Origin: an uncultured Candidatus Saccharibacteria bacterium | Lineage (GTDB): Bacteria > Patescibacteriota > Doudnabacteria > UBA920 | Length of the DNA stretch: 64,000 bases | Assembly (NCBI GenBank): GCA_964483665.1 | Contig: CAZACP010000002.1 | Location: 33,171-97,170, forward strand | Reading direction: 5' to 3' | Shown: positions 48,210 through 58,205 of the stretch, piece after piece | Position numbering within the stretch: position 1 is the first letter of the stretch | Layout: every line of letters starts with the position of its first letter | Notes under the pieces: model-generated | The model's database searches: none | What the model saw: the letters and a program-made list of their open reading frames with translations, nothing else | Told to the model about the DNA's origin: nothing | Position numbers and translations under genes: made by a program

Positions 48210-48599
48210 TCATGCTCCCTTTGCCACCAAAATGTCAATGAACTCACCAATCGTGGCTGTAGGCTCCATGTCTGGCAAGAAAACCATGTTGCGGTTGGAC
48301 GTCCACAAAATCTTCGCAAGCAGAATATTATATTCAAGCTGATTGGTGATATACCGCTGCAGAGGTTGTGCATCGGCAATTTCTTCGATGCTGACTTTGC
48401 ATGTCGAAGATATAAATCTGTATATCGCCTTTGCAATCCGGAATTCCGGCTTCTCATCACACAGCTGCTGTTCGGCAATCTGCCAGTTTGCTAGCTGGTC
48501 CGGATTTGTAGACTCGAGCCAAACCTGCATTGCCCGCATGCGGATTATTTCCACCCGCTGTTTTTCCCTTGGAAGGCTTTCGAATTCAATTGTCATCTG
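48210..48599 (-). CDS. Hypothetical protein (about 130 aa) on a GC-rich insert
   Basis: ATG at 48599 (MTIEFESLPREKQ...). It is the lower-coordinate part of the track ORF 48210..49148. No family recognised. Confidence 0.35.
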   Translation of the reverse strand, partial: QMTIEFESLPREKQRVEIIRMRAMQVWLESTNPDQLANWQIAEQQLCDEKPEFRIAKAIYRFISSTCKVSIEEIADAQPLQRYITNQLEYNILLAKILWTSNRNMVFLPDMEPTATIGEFIDILVAKGA

Positions 48600-48704
48600 C
48601 TCCTCCAGTTTGTTGGCCAAGCACAGGCCTTGTGCGCCGCGGGTTCTGCCGTGGCTCAGTTTGGTAAGTAAGTTATTGTAGTAAAAACGTCTAAAAAAAT
48701 CAAT

Positions 48705-48829
48705 AATACTTCCAACTCCAGCCGGGTTTACTACACCGGTAGCCCGGAAATAATTACAGAAGAAGAAAGTTTCAAATTGCCGGAAATTCCCGAAACGCCA
48801 ATAATAATAAATTAAAATGAATACAGCGC
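48705..48829. repeat. Direct repeat copy 2 (orphan duplicate of the gene 3' end; encodes ...SNSSRVYYTGSPEIITEEESFKLPEIPETPIIIN*)
   Basis: Aligned by eye to copy 1. It carries a 3-nt in-frame deletion and about 10 substitutions, and is followed by its own GC-rich hairpin. Confidence 0.75.
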
Positions 48830-48876
48830 GCTGCCTTGGGGGCGGCGCGCTGTTATGGCGAGTCGTCGAGCGGTGC

Positions 48877-49215
48877 TTAGGCTGCCTTGTACCAGATGAA
48901 GACACTTGACAGCTGGAGGCGCTGAACTGGTTCTTCGGGGACAGCTTTGTCATTCCCGGATCCGTCGCCGGGGTCAAATGTCGCAGGTATGATGAACGCG
49001 ACCTCTTCAACCCATGCCCGTTTACGCAGGATGGCTCGTGCGATGCTTTTCGAACTGTGCACGTAACAGGCCGCCAGTTCCGGCCTGTCGATCCATCGGG
49101 GTCTGCGAAGCTCGCCCTTTTTGTTCCAGCGGCTTCCGCTGAGAGCAATTACTTCGCCGTTGTCGCGTATTTTCAGTACAATGATGTAGCCACGAACCGG
49201 TTTGGCTGTTGGCAT
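48877..49215 (-). CDS. Hypothetical protein (112 aa) on a GC-rich insert
   Basis: ATG at 49215 (MPTAKPVRGYIIVLKIRDNGEVIALSG...). No family recognised. Confidence 0.3.
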   Translation of the reverse strand: MPTAKPVRGYIIVLKIRDNGEVIALSGSRWNKKGELRRPRWIDRPELAACYVHSSKSIARAILRKRAWVEEVAFIIPATFDPGDGSGNDKAVPEEPVQRLQLSSVFIWYKAA

Positions 49216-49368
49216 ATGTCTTCCTTTTCTTTGTATTCTGCCGTATTTGGTTGTTCACCAAGCAGGCAGTTAGAAAATTTTATCAAATATAAGCAGAAAA
49301 AGCAATGCGTTAGTGTTTAGATTCCGGATAAATTTTGTTGCTAAAAATTTTCCGGAATGACACAAACA

Positions 49369-49402
49369 AAAATCCCCTTGAGGATTATTCTCAAGGGGAT
49401 TT
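49369..49402 (-). terminator. Rho-independent terminator of typA
   Basis: Perfect hairpin aatccccttgag/ctcaaggggatt with a T-run on the minus strand. Confidence 0.6.
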
Positions 49403-49442
49403 AATATATGTTTTGTTCTCGACAAGCTCGAACAATATTGCT

Positions 49443-51278
49443 TTACCTCTTAGCTCTTTTTCGTTCGGTTGCGGAAAGGATTTTTTTGCGGATGCGAATA
49501 GAAAGGGGAGTTACTTCCAAAAGTTCGTCGGGCCCTATATATTCCATAGCAAAGTCTAAGGTGATTGGCCTAGGCGGGGTTAGAATTATGGCATCATCTG
49601 CACCGCTTGAGCGCATATTGGTTAACTTTTTGGTCTTGGTAACGTTAAGCTCTAAGTCAGTGTCAACCGCGTTTTGACCAACTACCATACCTTCGTAAAC
49701 TTCTACGGCCGGGCCTATAAACATAGTACCGCGTTCTTGAGCGTTGTTAAGGCCGTAAGCGTTAGAAACGCCCGCCTCGCTGGCTATAAGCGAGCCGTGG
49801 TCAGAAACATGTTCGTCAATGTCGTGCGCGGGTTTATAGCTATCAAACAAATTGTTTACAACCGCAGTACCGCGGGTTCTGGTTAACAGTAAATTTTTTA
49901 AACCAATTAAACCACGGGTTGGTATTAAATATTCCGCGTGAAGTTCGCCGCCCGGAGTGGTGTCCATATGCTGAAGTTCTCCGCCACGTTTGCCCATTTC
50001 TTCTATTACCACGCCCTGGTATTCGCTAGGTATGTCTATAGTACAAATTTCGTAAGGCTCATGTTTTACGCCATCAACCTGGTGGTAAATAACCTGAGGC
50101 TGCGAAACCTGCAGTTCAAAACCTTCTCTGCGCATTGTTTCAATTAAAATGCCTAAGTGCAGTTCGCCGCGGCCTGAAACCAAAAAGCTCTCGGCGCCTT
50201 CTTCCGAAGGGTCAACTTTTAAAGCCACGTTGGTTTCCAGTTCCTTGTAAAGCCGTTCGCGCAAATTTCTGGAAGTGACAAATTTTCCTTCCCGGCCGGC
50301 AAAAGGGGAAGTGTTAACGCCAAAAGTCATTTTTATGGTCGGCGGTTCTATTTCCACAGGCGGCAAGGCAACCGGATTTTGAGGGTCGGTTAAAACGTCG
50401 CCAATATGAATGTCGTCAAAACCGGCTATGGCAACAATGTCGCCGGCTTCCGCTGTTTCTACGTCTATTTGCTTTAAGCCCTGGTACATAGAAAGCGCGG
50501 TCACTCTGCCGGTTTCTTTTTCTCCGCTTTGTTTGGCGTGTAAAACATTTTCCGCTTTTTTAACTTTGCCGGAAACAATTTTGCCTATGCCCATTTTGCC
50601 TTTGTAATTGTCGGACATTAAGGCAAAAACCTGCATAGCAAAATTTTGGCCGTCAAAGACCGTGGGAGCCGGAATGTGTTTGACTATGGCTTCAAAAAGC
50701 GCGGTTAAGTCCGGCGGGGTGGATTCGTCGCTGACTTTTAAAAGCAGTTCTTCGGCGGATTCGCTGGCAAGCCCCCTTATGCCGGAAGCGTAAATAATAG
50801 GGAAGTCGAGCTGCAAATGTGTGGCGTTTAACTTTACAAACAAGTCAAAAGTTTTGTTTAAAGCTTCGTCTATGTTGGCGCCGGGTTTGTCTACCTTGTT
50901 TATAACCACAATCGCTCGGTGGCCTAAAGCCAAAGCTTTTTTTAGCACAAACTTGGTTTGAGGCATAGGGCCTTCTTTGGCGTCTACCAAAAGCAAAACG
51001 CCGTCCGCCATTTTTAGGGTGCGTTCTACTTCTCCGCCAAAATCCGCGTGACCGGGAGTGTCTACTATATTTATTTTGGTGTCCCCATACATCATAGAAG
51101 CGTTTTTAGCTTTTATGGTTATGCCGCGCTCTCTTTCTAAATCCATACTGTCCATAACTAAATCGGCCTGTTCGTCTTTTACAGTGTGAGTGGCTTTAAG
51201 CATTGCGTCTACCAGCGTAGTTTTTCCATGGTCGACGTGAGCTATAATGGCTATGTTTCTTAAGTTGTCTCTGGTCAT
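49443..51278 (-). CDS. typA: Translational GTPase TypA/BipA
   Basis: [18 protein letters not shown] (G1), [14 protein letters not shown] and NKVDKPGA are present. The protein is about 610 aa. Confidence 0.9.
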   Translation of the reverse strand: MTRDNLRNIAIIAHVDHGKTTLVDAMLKATHTVKDEQADLVMDSMDLERERGITIKAKNASMMYGDTKINIVDTPGHADFGGEVERTLKMADGVLLLVDAKEGPMPQTKFVLKKALALGHRAIVVINKVDKPGANIDEALNKTFDLFVKLNATHLQLDFPIIYASGIRGLASESAEELLLKVSDESTPPDLTALFEAIVKHIPAPTVFDGQNFAMQVFALMSDNYKGKMGIGKIVSGKVKKAENVLHAKQSGEKETGRVTALSMYQGLKQIDVETAEAGDIVAIAGFDDIHIGDVLTDPQNPVALPPVEIEPPTIKMTFGVNTSPFAGREGKFVTSRNLRERLYKELETNVALKVDPSEEGAESFLVSGRGELHLGILIETMRREGFELQVSQPQVIYHQVDGVKHEPYEICTIDIPSEYQGVVIEEMGKRGGELQHMDTTPGGELHAEYLIPTRGLIGLKNLLLTRTRGTAVVNNLFDSYKPAHDIDEHVSDHGSLIASEAGVSNAYGLNNAQERGTMFIGPAVEVYEGMVVGQNAVDTDLELNVTKTKKLTNMRSSGADDAIILTPPRPITLDFAMEYIGPDELLEVTPLSIRIRKKILSATERKRAKR

Positions 51279-51466
51279 ATTTATACTGATTAACACTGAT
51301 TTTTACGGAAGGACACGGATTTAGTACAATCGTTGTAACTTTATTTCCGTGTAAATCTGTTTTTATTAATCTGTGTAGGTGTGTTTTTATTAATTCAACC
51401 TGCTAATAATACCAAAAATTTCATAAAAAGTCAATTATCTGATATAATATATTTATAATCAGTCGT

Positions 51467-52492
51467 ATGAAAACTTTAAAACAAAACCGTCAACTTATAG
51501 GTTTTTTTCTGTTACTTAGCATAACTTCTATAGTGGTTTTAATGATGCTTTTTCCGCTTTGGCAGATTTTGGCTTTGGCAGGAATTTTCGCGGTTATTTT
51601 TCACCCTTTATACGAAAGAATAAATAGGGGAATGGCTAGCCCAAATCTGGCTTCGGTTTTAACAATACTAATAATTATTTTAGTGGCGATTTTGCCTTTG
51701 TGGTTTATAGGCCAATTGCTGTTTAACGAAATTGTAGACGTTTATAACAAGTTTCGCTTTGGCGAGTTGGTGTTTAATCAGGCCGATTTTATAGCCCGCT
51801 TGCCCCAGCAAGTACAAAATATTTTGCAAAGTTTAAATAACGATATTAACGCCATAGTTTCCCGCTTTACCGGCAGTGCTTTTAACTTAGTCTCGGGCCT
51901 GCTTTCTAATTTGGCCAGTTTTTTCCTGTCTTTATTTTTACTTATCTTTATTCTATTTTTCTTTTTAAGAGACGGAAAAAAATTAAAGGATTTGGTTAAA
52001 GAGCTTTCGCCTTTGTCTGAAGCGTACGACTCGGTGTTAATGACTAAACTGGAAACCGCGGTCGGCGGAGTGCTTAAGGGTTCGTTTTTAATCGCCTTAA
52101 TTCAGGGAACGGTTGCGAGCGTGGGGTTTGTTATTTTTGGCGTACCTCAGCCCGTTTTATGGGGCGCTTTTACCGTGCTTACGGCTTTGGTGCCCACGGT
52201 CGGAACTTCTATTTCTTTAATTCCGGCTATTTTGTATTTGTTTTTTACCGGGCATACTGGAGCCGGCATAGGCATGGCCATTTGGGGAGCGGTGGCAGTA
52301 GGCGCCATAGACAACATAGTCGGTCCAAGGCTGGTGGGAGAGAAAATAAATTTACACCCGTTGTTGGTTTTGCTTTCAGTCTTAGGCGGCATCCAGCTGT
52401 TTGGTTTTTTGGGTTTTTTATTTGGCCCCATACTTATGTCGGTGTTTGTTGCGCTTTTAGACATTTATAGAAAGAATTTAAAAGCGCCTTAG
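51467..52492 (+). CDS. AI-2E family transporter (PerM/UPF0118)
   Basis: It has 8 TM segments and a typical length and hydrophobicity pattern. Confidence 0.65.
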   Translation: MKTLKQNRQLIGFFLLLSITSIVVLMMLFPLWQILALAGIFAVIFHPLYERINRGMASPNLASVLTILIIILVAILPLWFIGQLLFNEIVDVYNKFRFGELVFNQADFIARLPQQVQNILQSLNNDINAIVSRFTGSAFNLVSGLLSNLASFFLSLFLLIFILFFFLRDGKKLKDLVKELSPLSEAYDSVLMTKLETAVGGVLKGSFLIALIQGTVASVGFVIFGVPQPVLWGAFTVLTALVPTVGTSISLIPAILYLFFTGHTGAGIGMAIWGAVAVGAIDNIVGPRLVGEKINLHPLLVLLSVLGGIQLFGFLGFLFGPILMSVFVALLDIYRKNLKAP

Positions 52493-52505
52493 TCGAAATA
52501 TATTT

Positions 52506-52534
52506 TAAAAAGGCTTTTGTTAAAAGCCTTTTTT
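52506..52534 (+). terminator. Rho-independent terminator
   Basis: aaaaggctttt-gtt-aaaagcctttt followed by a T-run. Confidence 0.55.
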
Positions 52535-52563
52535 TATTTTTTGTGTTATTATAGTTATAAGTT

Positions 52564-54027
52564 ATGAAGAAATTTAGTTCCTTAAACTTGCCCGAAAATT
52601 TGCCTCCCACCATACTGACTATTTTTGGGGCTACCGGAGACCTTTCTGCCGACTATTTGTTGCCGGCGCTTTTGCGTATGGACAAGCAAAAACTTTTGCC
52701 CAAAACGTTTAAGCTGGTGTGCGTGGGCAGAAGGGAGCTGACTAATAAGACTTTTTTAGATTTTATAGTTAAAAAATCAGGCGTTGTAAAAAAACTTTCG
52801 CCTTCGGCAAAAAAAAGTTTTTTAAAGCACCTGGTCTACTTTCAGGGTGACTTTGAAAATCCGGAAAGCTTTAAAGCCCTTTCGGCAATTTTGGCAGACC
52901 AAGAAAAACCAAAGCACGCCTGCTATAACCGGCTTTTTTATTTTGCTACCAAACCCCAGCAATTTGCCGATTTGGCCCATATACTTAAGTCGCAGGGCCT
53001 GCTTATGGCTTGTGCTATACACAAGCGCCAGTCAAGAGTTTTGGTAGAAAAGCCGTTTGGTTTTAACTTAAAGTCTGCCCAGGCTTTAAACCAGCTGCTT
53101 TTGAAATATTTTAAGGAAGAACAAATTTACAGAATTGACCATTACGCGGGCAAGGAAACCGTACAGAATTTAATGGTTGTCAGGTTTGCTAACAGCCTTT
53201 TTGAGCCGTTGTGGAATAACCGGTTTATTGACCATGTGGAAATTTCTGTTTTGGAGAAAGACGGAATTCGCGGACGGGCGGAATACTATGACCAAACCGG
53301 CGCGGTAAAAGATTTTTTGCAAAATCACATTCTGCAAATGCTTGCCTTAATTGCCATGGACGAGCCTTACAATATGACGGCCGATTTAATCCGGGACCAG
53401 AAACTTTCGGTTTTAAAAGCCCTTGAGCCCTTTGAAAGTGCGAAAATGTCTGCCCGGGTGGTAAAAGGGCAGTATAAAGGTTATGCCAAAGACATAAAAG
53501 GTTCGAGCGAGACAGAAACCTATTTTGCCTTAAAGACTTATGTGAACCTGCCAAGGTGGGCAGGCGTGCCGTTTTATTTGCGCACCGGCAAAAGGCTTTC
53601 CAAAAAACTTACCCAAATTTCCATACATTTTAGAGAGCCTATTCGCTGTTTGTTTGAGGGCTGCGCGGAAAATGTTTTAACTTTTACCATTCAGCCTAAC
53701 GAGTCAGTGCATTTGCAAATTAACAACAAAATTCCGGGCTTTGGCGTTAAGCTGCACCAGGGCGATTTAGAGTTTGGCTACAAGCAGGCGTTTAAGGGAG
53801 AAATTCCTTCGGCTTACGAGCGCTTGCTTTTGGATTTTATGGAAGGCGATCAGCGTTTGTTTATTCGCAGTGACGAAATAGAGGCAGCTTGGAAATACGT
53901 GGACAGCATTTGCGAGAGCCCAAGTTTTAAAAAATTGCCTTTGTACGTTTATAAACCCGGCAGCAACGGGCCAAAAGAAGCGGAGAAGTTTATAGAGAAA
54001 GACGCGAAAACTTGGAGGACCAAGTAA
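52564..54027 (+). CDS. zwf: Glucose-6-phosphate 1-dehydrogenase
   Basis: The NADP site LTIFGATGDLSADYLLPAL and the signature RIDHYAGKETVQNL are present. Confidence 0.9.
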   Translation: MKKFSSLNLPENLPPTILTIFGATGDLSADYLLPALLRMDKQKLLPKTFKLVCVGRRELTNKTFLDFIVKKSGVVKKLSPSAKKSFLKHLVYFQGDFENPESFKALSAILADQEKPKHACYNRLFYFATKPQQFADLAHILKSQGLLMACAIHKRQSRVLVEKPFGFNLKSAQALNQLLLKYFKEEQIYRIDHYAGKETVQNLMVVRFANSLFEPLWNNRFIDHVEISVLEKDGIRGRAEYYDQTGAVKDFLQNHILQMLALIAMDEPYNMTADLIRDQKLSVLKALEPFESAKMSARVVKGQYKGYAKDIKGSSETETYFALKTYVNLPRWAGVPFYLRTGKRLSKKLTQISIHFREPIRCLFEGCAENVLTFTIQPNESVHLQINNKIPGFGVKLHQGDLEFGYKQAFKGEIPSAYERLLLDFMEGDQRLFIRSDEIEAAWKYVDSICESPSFKKLPLYVYKPGSNGPKEAEKFIEKDAKTWRTK

Positions 54028-54057
54028 ATATAAGATATAGGATGTAAGATATAAGAT

Positions 54058-54822
54058 ATGAAGAACAAAAACACATCGTGGGGTGGGGTTGCTAAGTGGT
54101 ATGAAAAAACGGTTTCAGATGACAGCAGTTATCAGAACACTGTTATTAAGCCGAATCTACTTAGGATACTAAACATTAGCAAGGGAGAAAATATACTTGA
54201 TGTTGCCTGCGGCAGCGGGTTTTTTGCGCGAGAGTTTTCTAAAGTAGGCGCTAAAGTTACGGGTTTGGATATTGGAGCGGAATTAGTTAAAATTGCCAAA
54301 CAGCAAGACCCTAAAGGCACATATTTAGTGGGCAATGCCGAGAAAATGAATAACATAGAAACTGGAAAATTTGATGTCGCGACTATTGTCCTTGCCTTGC
54401 AAAACATAAAAAATTTTCAAAATGCGCTTAGCGAAATAGCCCGGGTTTTAAAGCCGAACGGCAGATGCTTAGTAGTTTTAAACCACCCGGCTTTCCGCAT
54501 ACCGGGTAAAACCTCGTGGGAGTTTGATGAACAATCTAATATACAATATCGTCGAGTCGATGCGTATTTAAGCGAAGGCAGTAAGGCGATGGATATGCAC
54601 CCGGGCCGGAAAAAATCACAATTAACTTATTCTTTTCACCGCCCTTTGCAGGTTTATTTTAAAGCTTTTGCAAAACATAATCTTGCGGTAAAAAACTTGG
54701 AAGAGTGGATTTCGCCCAAACAAAGCGACAAAGGCTCGCGTAAATTAGCGGAAGACAAAGCACGCAAAGAGTTTCCATTGTTTATGTGTTTGGAGCTAAA
54801 AAAAACCGATGAACACCGATAA
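54058..54822 (+). CDS. Class I SAM-dependent methyltransferase
   Basis: Motif I ILDVACGSGFFAREF is present. Confidence 0.6.
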   Translation: MKNKNTSWGGVAKWYEKTVSDDSSYQNTVIKPNLLRILNISKGENILDVACGSGFFAREFSKVGAKVTGLDIGAELVKIAKQQDPKGTYLVGNAEKMNNIETGKFDVATIVLALQNIKNFQNALSEIARVLKPNGRCLVVLNHPAFRIPGKTSWEFDEQSNIQYRRVDAYLSEGSKAMDMHPGRKKSQLTYSFHRPLQVYFKAFAKHNLAVKNLEEWISPKQSDKGSRKLAEDKARKEFPLFMCLELKKTDEHR

Positions 54823-54909
54823 AGAAACAGATAATCACGGACTTATGGAATAAAGGTCGTAATTTTGGTCTGTGCTAATCCGTAAATATCCGCGTTAGTC
54901 TGTATATAA

Positions 54910-55152
54910 ATGAATATTGAGCAAGAAATTTTAGAAATTAAGGAGCGTAACGAAAAAGTGGAAAACGATAAAGCTTGGGAAATAAGCTTTGCGCGGAGAT
55001 TTTTTATTTCCGTCGTAACTTATATATTCGCTTTTTGGTGGCTGTTTATAATACAAGAGCCCAAAGCGTGGCTTAAAAGCTTTGTGCCGGTTATTGGGTA
55101 TGTTGTATCTACGCTTTCATTGCCAATAGTAAGAAAAATTTGGACAAAATAA
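54910..55152 (+). CDS. Small 2-TM membrane protein (hypothetical)
   Basis: ORF with two hydrophobic segments. Confidence 0.35.
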   Translation: MNIEQEILEIKERNEKVENDKAWEISFARRFFISVVTYIFAFWWLFIIQEPKAWLKSFVPVIGYVVSTLSLPIVRKIWTK

Positions 55153-55189
55153 ATATTCCAACATTCTGCAGAATGTTGGAATATTTTAA

Positions 55190-56560
55190 TTAGCGGTATC
55201 TTTTTGGGGAACGGTGGTTGCCGAATTTACCGGGGCGGGGAGGTTTTTGAATAAAGTAGCCTTTGCCACTTTCGCCGCGTTCCTGGCTTTTTGTAAAATC
55301 ATCGTGCTGATGATTTTTTTGTTGTCCGTGCTTATTGTTAAAATTCTTAAAAGGATGGCGGGGAGAACGGTGAAAATTATTTCTGCCCCTGGGTCTTTGA
55401 AAATTGTCTTCTCTTATAGGAGCGTCAAAAGCTCTGGTGGGGGGCAGGTCAGGCAAAGCTGCCAGCGGCAACTGCTTTTTTATAAGCCTTTCTATTGTTC
55501 TTACGTCAAACTTTTGGTCAGGCGTGGCAAAAGAAATGGCGTGGCCTTTGTGGCTGGCTCTGCCGGTTCGGCCAATTCTGTGCACGTAGTCTTCGGCGTT
55601 TTCCGGCAAATCAAAATTTATAACCAGTTCTATGCCGGTTACGTCTATGCCTCTGGCTGCAATGTCGGTAGCTACTAAAACGCGATATTTGCCGATTTTA
55701 AAACCTTGCAAAGCTTCCAGGCGCTGGTTAAGCGAGCGGTTAGAATGGATCTCGGCCGAATTATGGCCCATTTTTCTGACAGTAGCGGCAATTTTTTTTG
55801 CGCCAAATTTAGTTCGGCTAAAGACCAAAACGCTGCCTCTATATTCCTTAAGTATATTTTCTAAAAGCGCAAGCTTGTTTTGCTTTTGCACTACGTAAAG
55901 TTCCTGGGTTACGTTTTCCGTGGCTGTGCCGGCCGGCGCTACTTCCACTCTTACGGGAAGCTGCATATAGGTTTTGGCAATGTCTACAATTTCGTGCGGC
56001 ATGGTTGCGGAAAAGAGCATAGTTTGGCGAACCTTTGGCACTGTGGCAAGGATTTTTTTAATCTGCGGAGCAAAACCCATATCTAACATTCTGTCGGCTT
56101 CGTCTAAAACCAACACTTTTACGGCATCTAGCCGTATGGTTTTTTGTTCAAGATGGTCTATTAAACGGCCCGGGGTGGCAATTATTATGTGCGGGTTATT
56201 TTTAAGCATCCTTACCTGTTTGCCTATGTTTTCGCCGCCAATTAAAATAGCGGTTTTAAGGCCTAAAAAGCGGCCGACTTTGTTTAAAGATTCATCTACT
56301 TGAACGGCCAGTTCGCGAGTTGGCAACAGTACCAAGCCTTTGCCGCCGCTTTGAGCCAGGCGCTGGATCATCGGCAAACCAAAAGCCAGAGTTTTGCCTG
56401 TGCCGGTTTGAGCAATACCCATAATGTCTTTGCCTTCCAGAGCGGTCGGTATAGACTGCGCCTGAATGGGCGTGGGAGTGGTAAATTTAAGCTTGTCTAA
56501 AATCTCCAATAGTTTTGGAGCAATATTTAGTCCGTCAAAGCTGGTGGGAATTTGTGGTGT
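55190..56560 (-). CDS. DEAD-box ATP-dependent RNA helicase with an RG-rich C-terminal tail
   Basis: The Q-motif TPIQAQSIP, the Walker A motif AQTGTGKT, DEAD and SAT are present. The ATG at 56560 was preferred over the track start. Confidence 0.85.
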   Translation of the reverse strand, partial: TPQIPTSFDGLNIAPKLLEILDKLKFTTPTPIQAQSIPTALEGKDIMGIAQTGTGKTLAFGLPMIQRLAQSGGKGLVLLPTRELAVQVDESLNKVGRFLGLKTAILIGGENIGKQVRMLKNNPHIIIATPGRLIDHLEQKTIRLDAVKVLVLDEADRMLDMGFAPQIKKILATVPKVRQTMLFSATMPHEIVDIAKTYMQLPVRVEVAPAGTATENVTQELYVVQKQNKLALLENILKEYRGSVLVFSRTKFGAKKIAATVRKMGHNSAEIHSNRSLNQRLEALQGFKIGKYRVLVATDIAARGIDVTGIELVINFDLPENAEDYVHRIGRTGRASHKGHAISFATPDQKFDVRTIERLIKKQLPLAALPDLPPTRAFDAPIREDNFQRPRGRNNFHRSPRHPFKNFNNKHGQQKNHQHDDFTKSQERGESGKGYFIQKPPRPGKFGNHRSPKRYR

Positions 56561-56681
56561 CATAATAAGCATTATAAAACCCCGAAAATCGGGGGCGTGG
56601 ACAATAAGCCACTTGTTTATATAATTATAGCACAACTGCATATTTTTGTCAAATATATAGTTATAATGCTATAGTTATGTC

Positions 56682-56873
56682 ATGAATTCTCAACATCGCG
56701 ATGATATAAAAATAGGGGCCGAAGTGGAGATTGTTTTAAAACAAGACCAAGGGAGCGGAGCGCTTACCCGCGGGTTTGTGGAAGAAATTTTAACCAACTC
56801 GGGCTTTCATCCGCACGGCATAAAGGTAAGGCTACAGGACGGGCAAGTGGGCAGGGTTAAAAATATTCTATGA
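56682..56873 (+). CDS. YwbE-family small protein
   Basis: GAEVEIVLKQDQGSGALTRGFVEEILTNSGFHPHGIKVRLQDGQVGRV matches the YwbE consensus. Confidence 0.5.
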   Translation: MNSQHRDDIKIGAEVEIVLKQDQGSGALTRGFVEEILTNSGFHPHGIKVRLQDGQVGRVKNIL

Positions 56874-57181
56874 CTTTTAAAGAAGCCGTTATTTTGCTTG
56901 TAAAAAAAATTCCCAAAGGCAAAGTTGCAAGTTACGGGCGAATTGCGGCAATGGCAGGGCAGCCAAGAGCGGCCAGGCAGGTTGGGCAGATATTAAAGAT
57001 AATTGATATTGCAAATTTGGAAGTTCCCTGGTGGAGAGTTGTAAATAGCAAGGGCGTTATATCAATTAAGGGAAATTTAACAGCGACAAAGGAGCTGCAA
57101 AGGGATTTTTTGAAACGTGATGGCGTAAAAATAAGTAGAGATTTTAAAATAAGTATGGAAAAATACAATTGGAAAAAATAA
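56870..57181 (+). CDS. Alkyltransferase-like protein (MGMT DNA-binding domain lacking the acceptor Cys)
   Basis: PWWRV sits in place of the PCHRV active-site motif. The upstream HTH KVASYGRIAAMAGQPRAARQVG is present. Confidence 0.6.
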   Translation: MTFKEAVILLVKKIPKGKVASYGRIAAMAGQPRAARQVGQILKIIDIANLEVPWWRVVNSKGVISIKGNLTATKELQRDFLKRDGVKISRDFKISMEKYNWKK

Positions 57182-57663
57182 AACAAAAAGGGTTTACTCT
57201 TATTGAGCTGGTTATTACTATTGGAATTATAGGACTGCTTTCCTCGGTTCTTGTTGTCGCTACTTTAAATGCCAGAGTAAAAGCCAGAGACGTAAAAAGA
57301 AAAAGTTCTTTGGCGCAAATGGGCAGACTTTTGTTTTCTTCCAGTTGTTATGCGCCAAACAGCGGTGCTGGGGATTACGATTTAGCAGATTTGGTTCCTG
57401 AACTTACCGTTAAATACCCACAGCTCGCGCAATATAGCTCTATGCTGCCTAAAGACCCAAAAACCGGTACTGAAAACAAAACAAATTACGGTTATGTGTA
57501 TACATCCGACGGGCATTGCGCGCTTTATACGAATTTTGAAAATGAAAAAGAAACTGTAAATTTAAGCGTTACAACAGTAACGCCCACAGCCGGCCAGGGC
57601 GTCTTTAAGGCCACAACTGAAGGCCCAAACGGCAGTAATATTTATTTCCAAATTGGTAAATGA
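57169..57663 (+). CDS. Type IV pilin / pseudopilin (prepilin N-terminal methylation domain)
   Basis: KQKG|FTLIELVITIGIIGLLSS is a class III signal peptide. Confidence 0.7.
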   Translation: MEKIKQKGFTLIELVITIGIIGLLSSVLVVATLNARVKARDVKRKSSLAQMGRLLFSSSCYAPNSGAGDYDLADLVPELTVKYPQLAQYSSMLPKDPKTGTENKTNYGYVYTSDGHCALYTNFENEKETVNLSVTTVTPTAGQGVFKATTEGPNGSNIYFQIGK

Positions 57664-58205
57664 ACAACCAAGTTCTAACTTATAAATTAAAACGCAGCAA
57701 AAAAGCCAGGCTTATGAGGATTTCGGTTTCTTGCGATGCCGGCGTGGTGGTAACCGTACCCTGGGGAATGGAAGAAAGCCGGTTTGAAAAATTTATAAGA
57801 GAAAAAACAAATTGGATTTTACAAAAGCTTAAGTATGTTAGCCGGTTTCAAAATTTACCGAGAATAAAAACATCGGCTGTAGAATATCGTAAACTAAAAT
57901 TACAAGCACTAAATTTAGCTAAAGAAAAACTTAAATACTGGAACCAATTTTATAATTTTAGTTACAATAGGGTAAGCGTTAAAAACCAAAAAACCCGTTG
58001 GGGCAGCTGCAGCAGAAAAGGGAATTTAAATTTTAATTATAAAATTGTCCATTTGCCCGAGGACCAGCTGGACTATTTAATAGTCCACGAGCTATGTCAT
58101 TTAAAAGAAATGAATCACAGCCGTGGGTTTTGGGAATTGGTCGGCCGAACTATTCCTAAGTTTAAAATTTTAAGAAAAGAATTAAGAAATATTATTTTAA
58201 AATGA
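57660..58205 (+). CDS. YgjP-like (DUF45) zinc metallohydrolase
   Basis: The motif RWGSCS...YLIVHELCHLKEMNHSRGFW (HExxH) is present. Confidence 0.7.
   Translation: MNNQVLTYKLKRSKKARLMRISVSCDAGVVVTVPWGMEESRFEKFIREKTNWILQKLKYVSRFQNLPRIKTSAVEYRKLKLQALNLAKEKLKYWNQFYNFSYNRVSVKNQKTRWGSCSRKGNLNFNYKIVHLPEDQLDYLIVHELCHLKEMNHSRGFWELVGRTIPKFKILRKELRNIILK

Noticed and set aside
48343-48681. Plus-strand 112-aa ORF and minus-strand 109-aa ORF (48149-48478) on the GC-rich insert; the upper part (48600-49148) of the 312-aa minus ORF
   Set aside because: They are GC-rich DNA with few stop codons. Their translations are Cys/Ser/Arg-rich and junk-like. The coherent product begins at the internal ATG 48599.
49057-49677. 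Small plus-strand ORFs around the typA terminator (49057-49320, 49335-49559, 49408-49677)
   Set aside because: They overlap the typA 3' end or terminator or the GC-rich insert. They lack RBS support.
54028-54057. Short taagatata triple direct repeat before the methyltransferase gene
   Set aside because: It is too short and simple to distinguish from chance AT-rich repetition. It may just be part of a promoter or RBS region.
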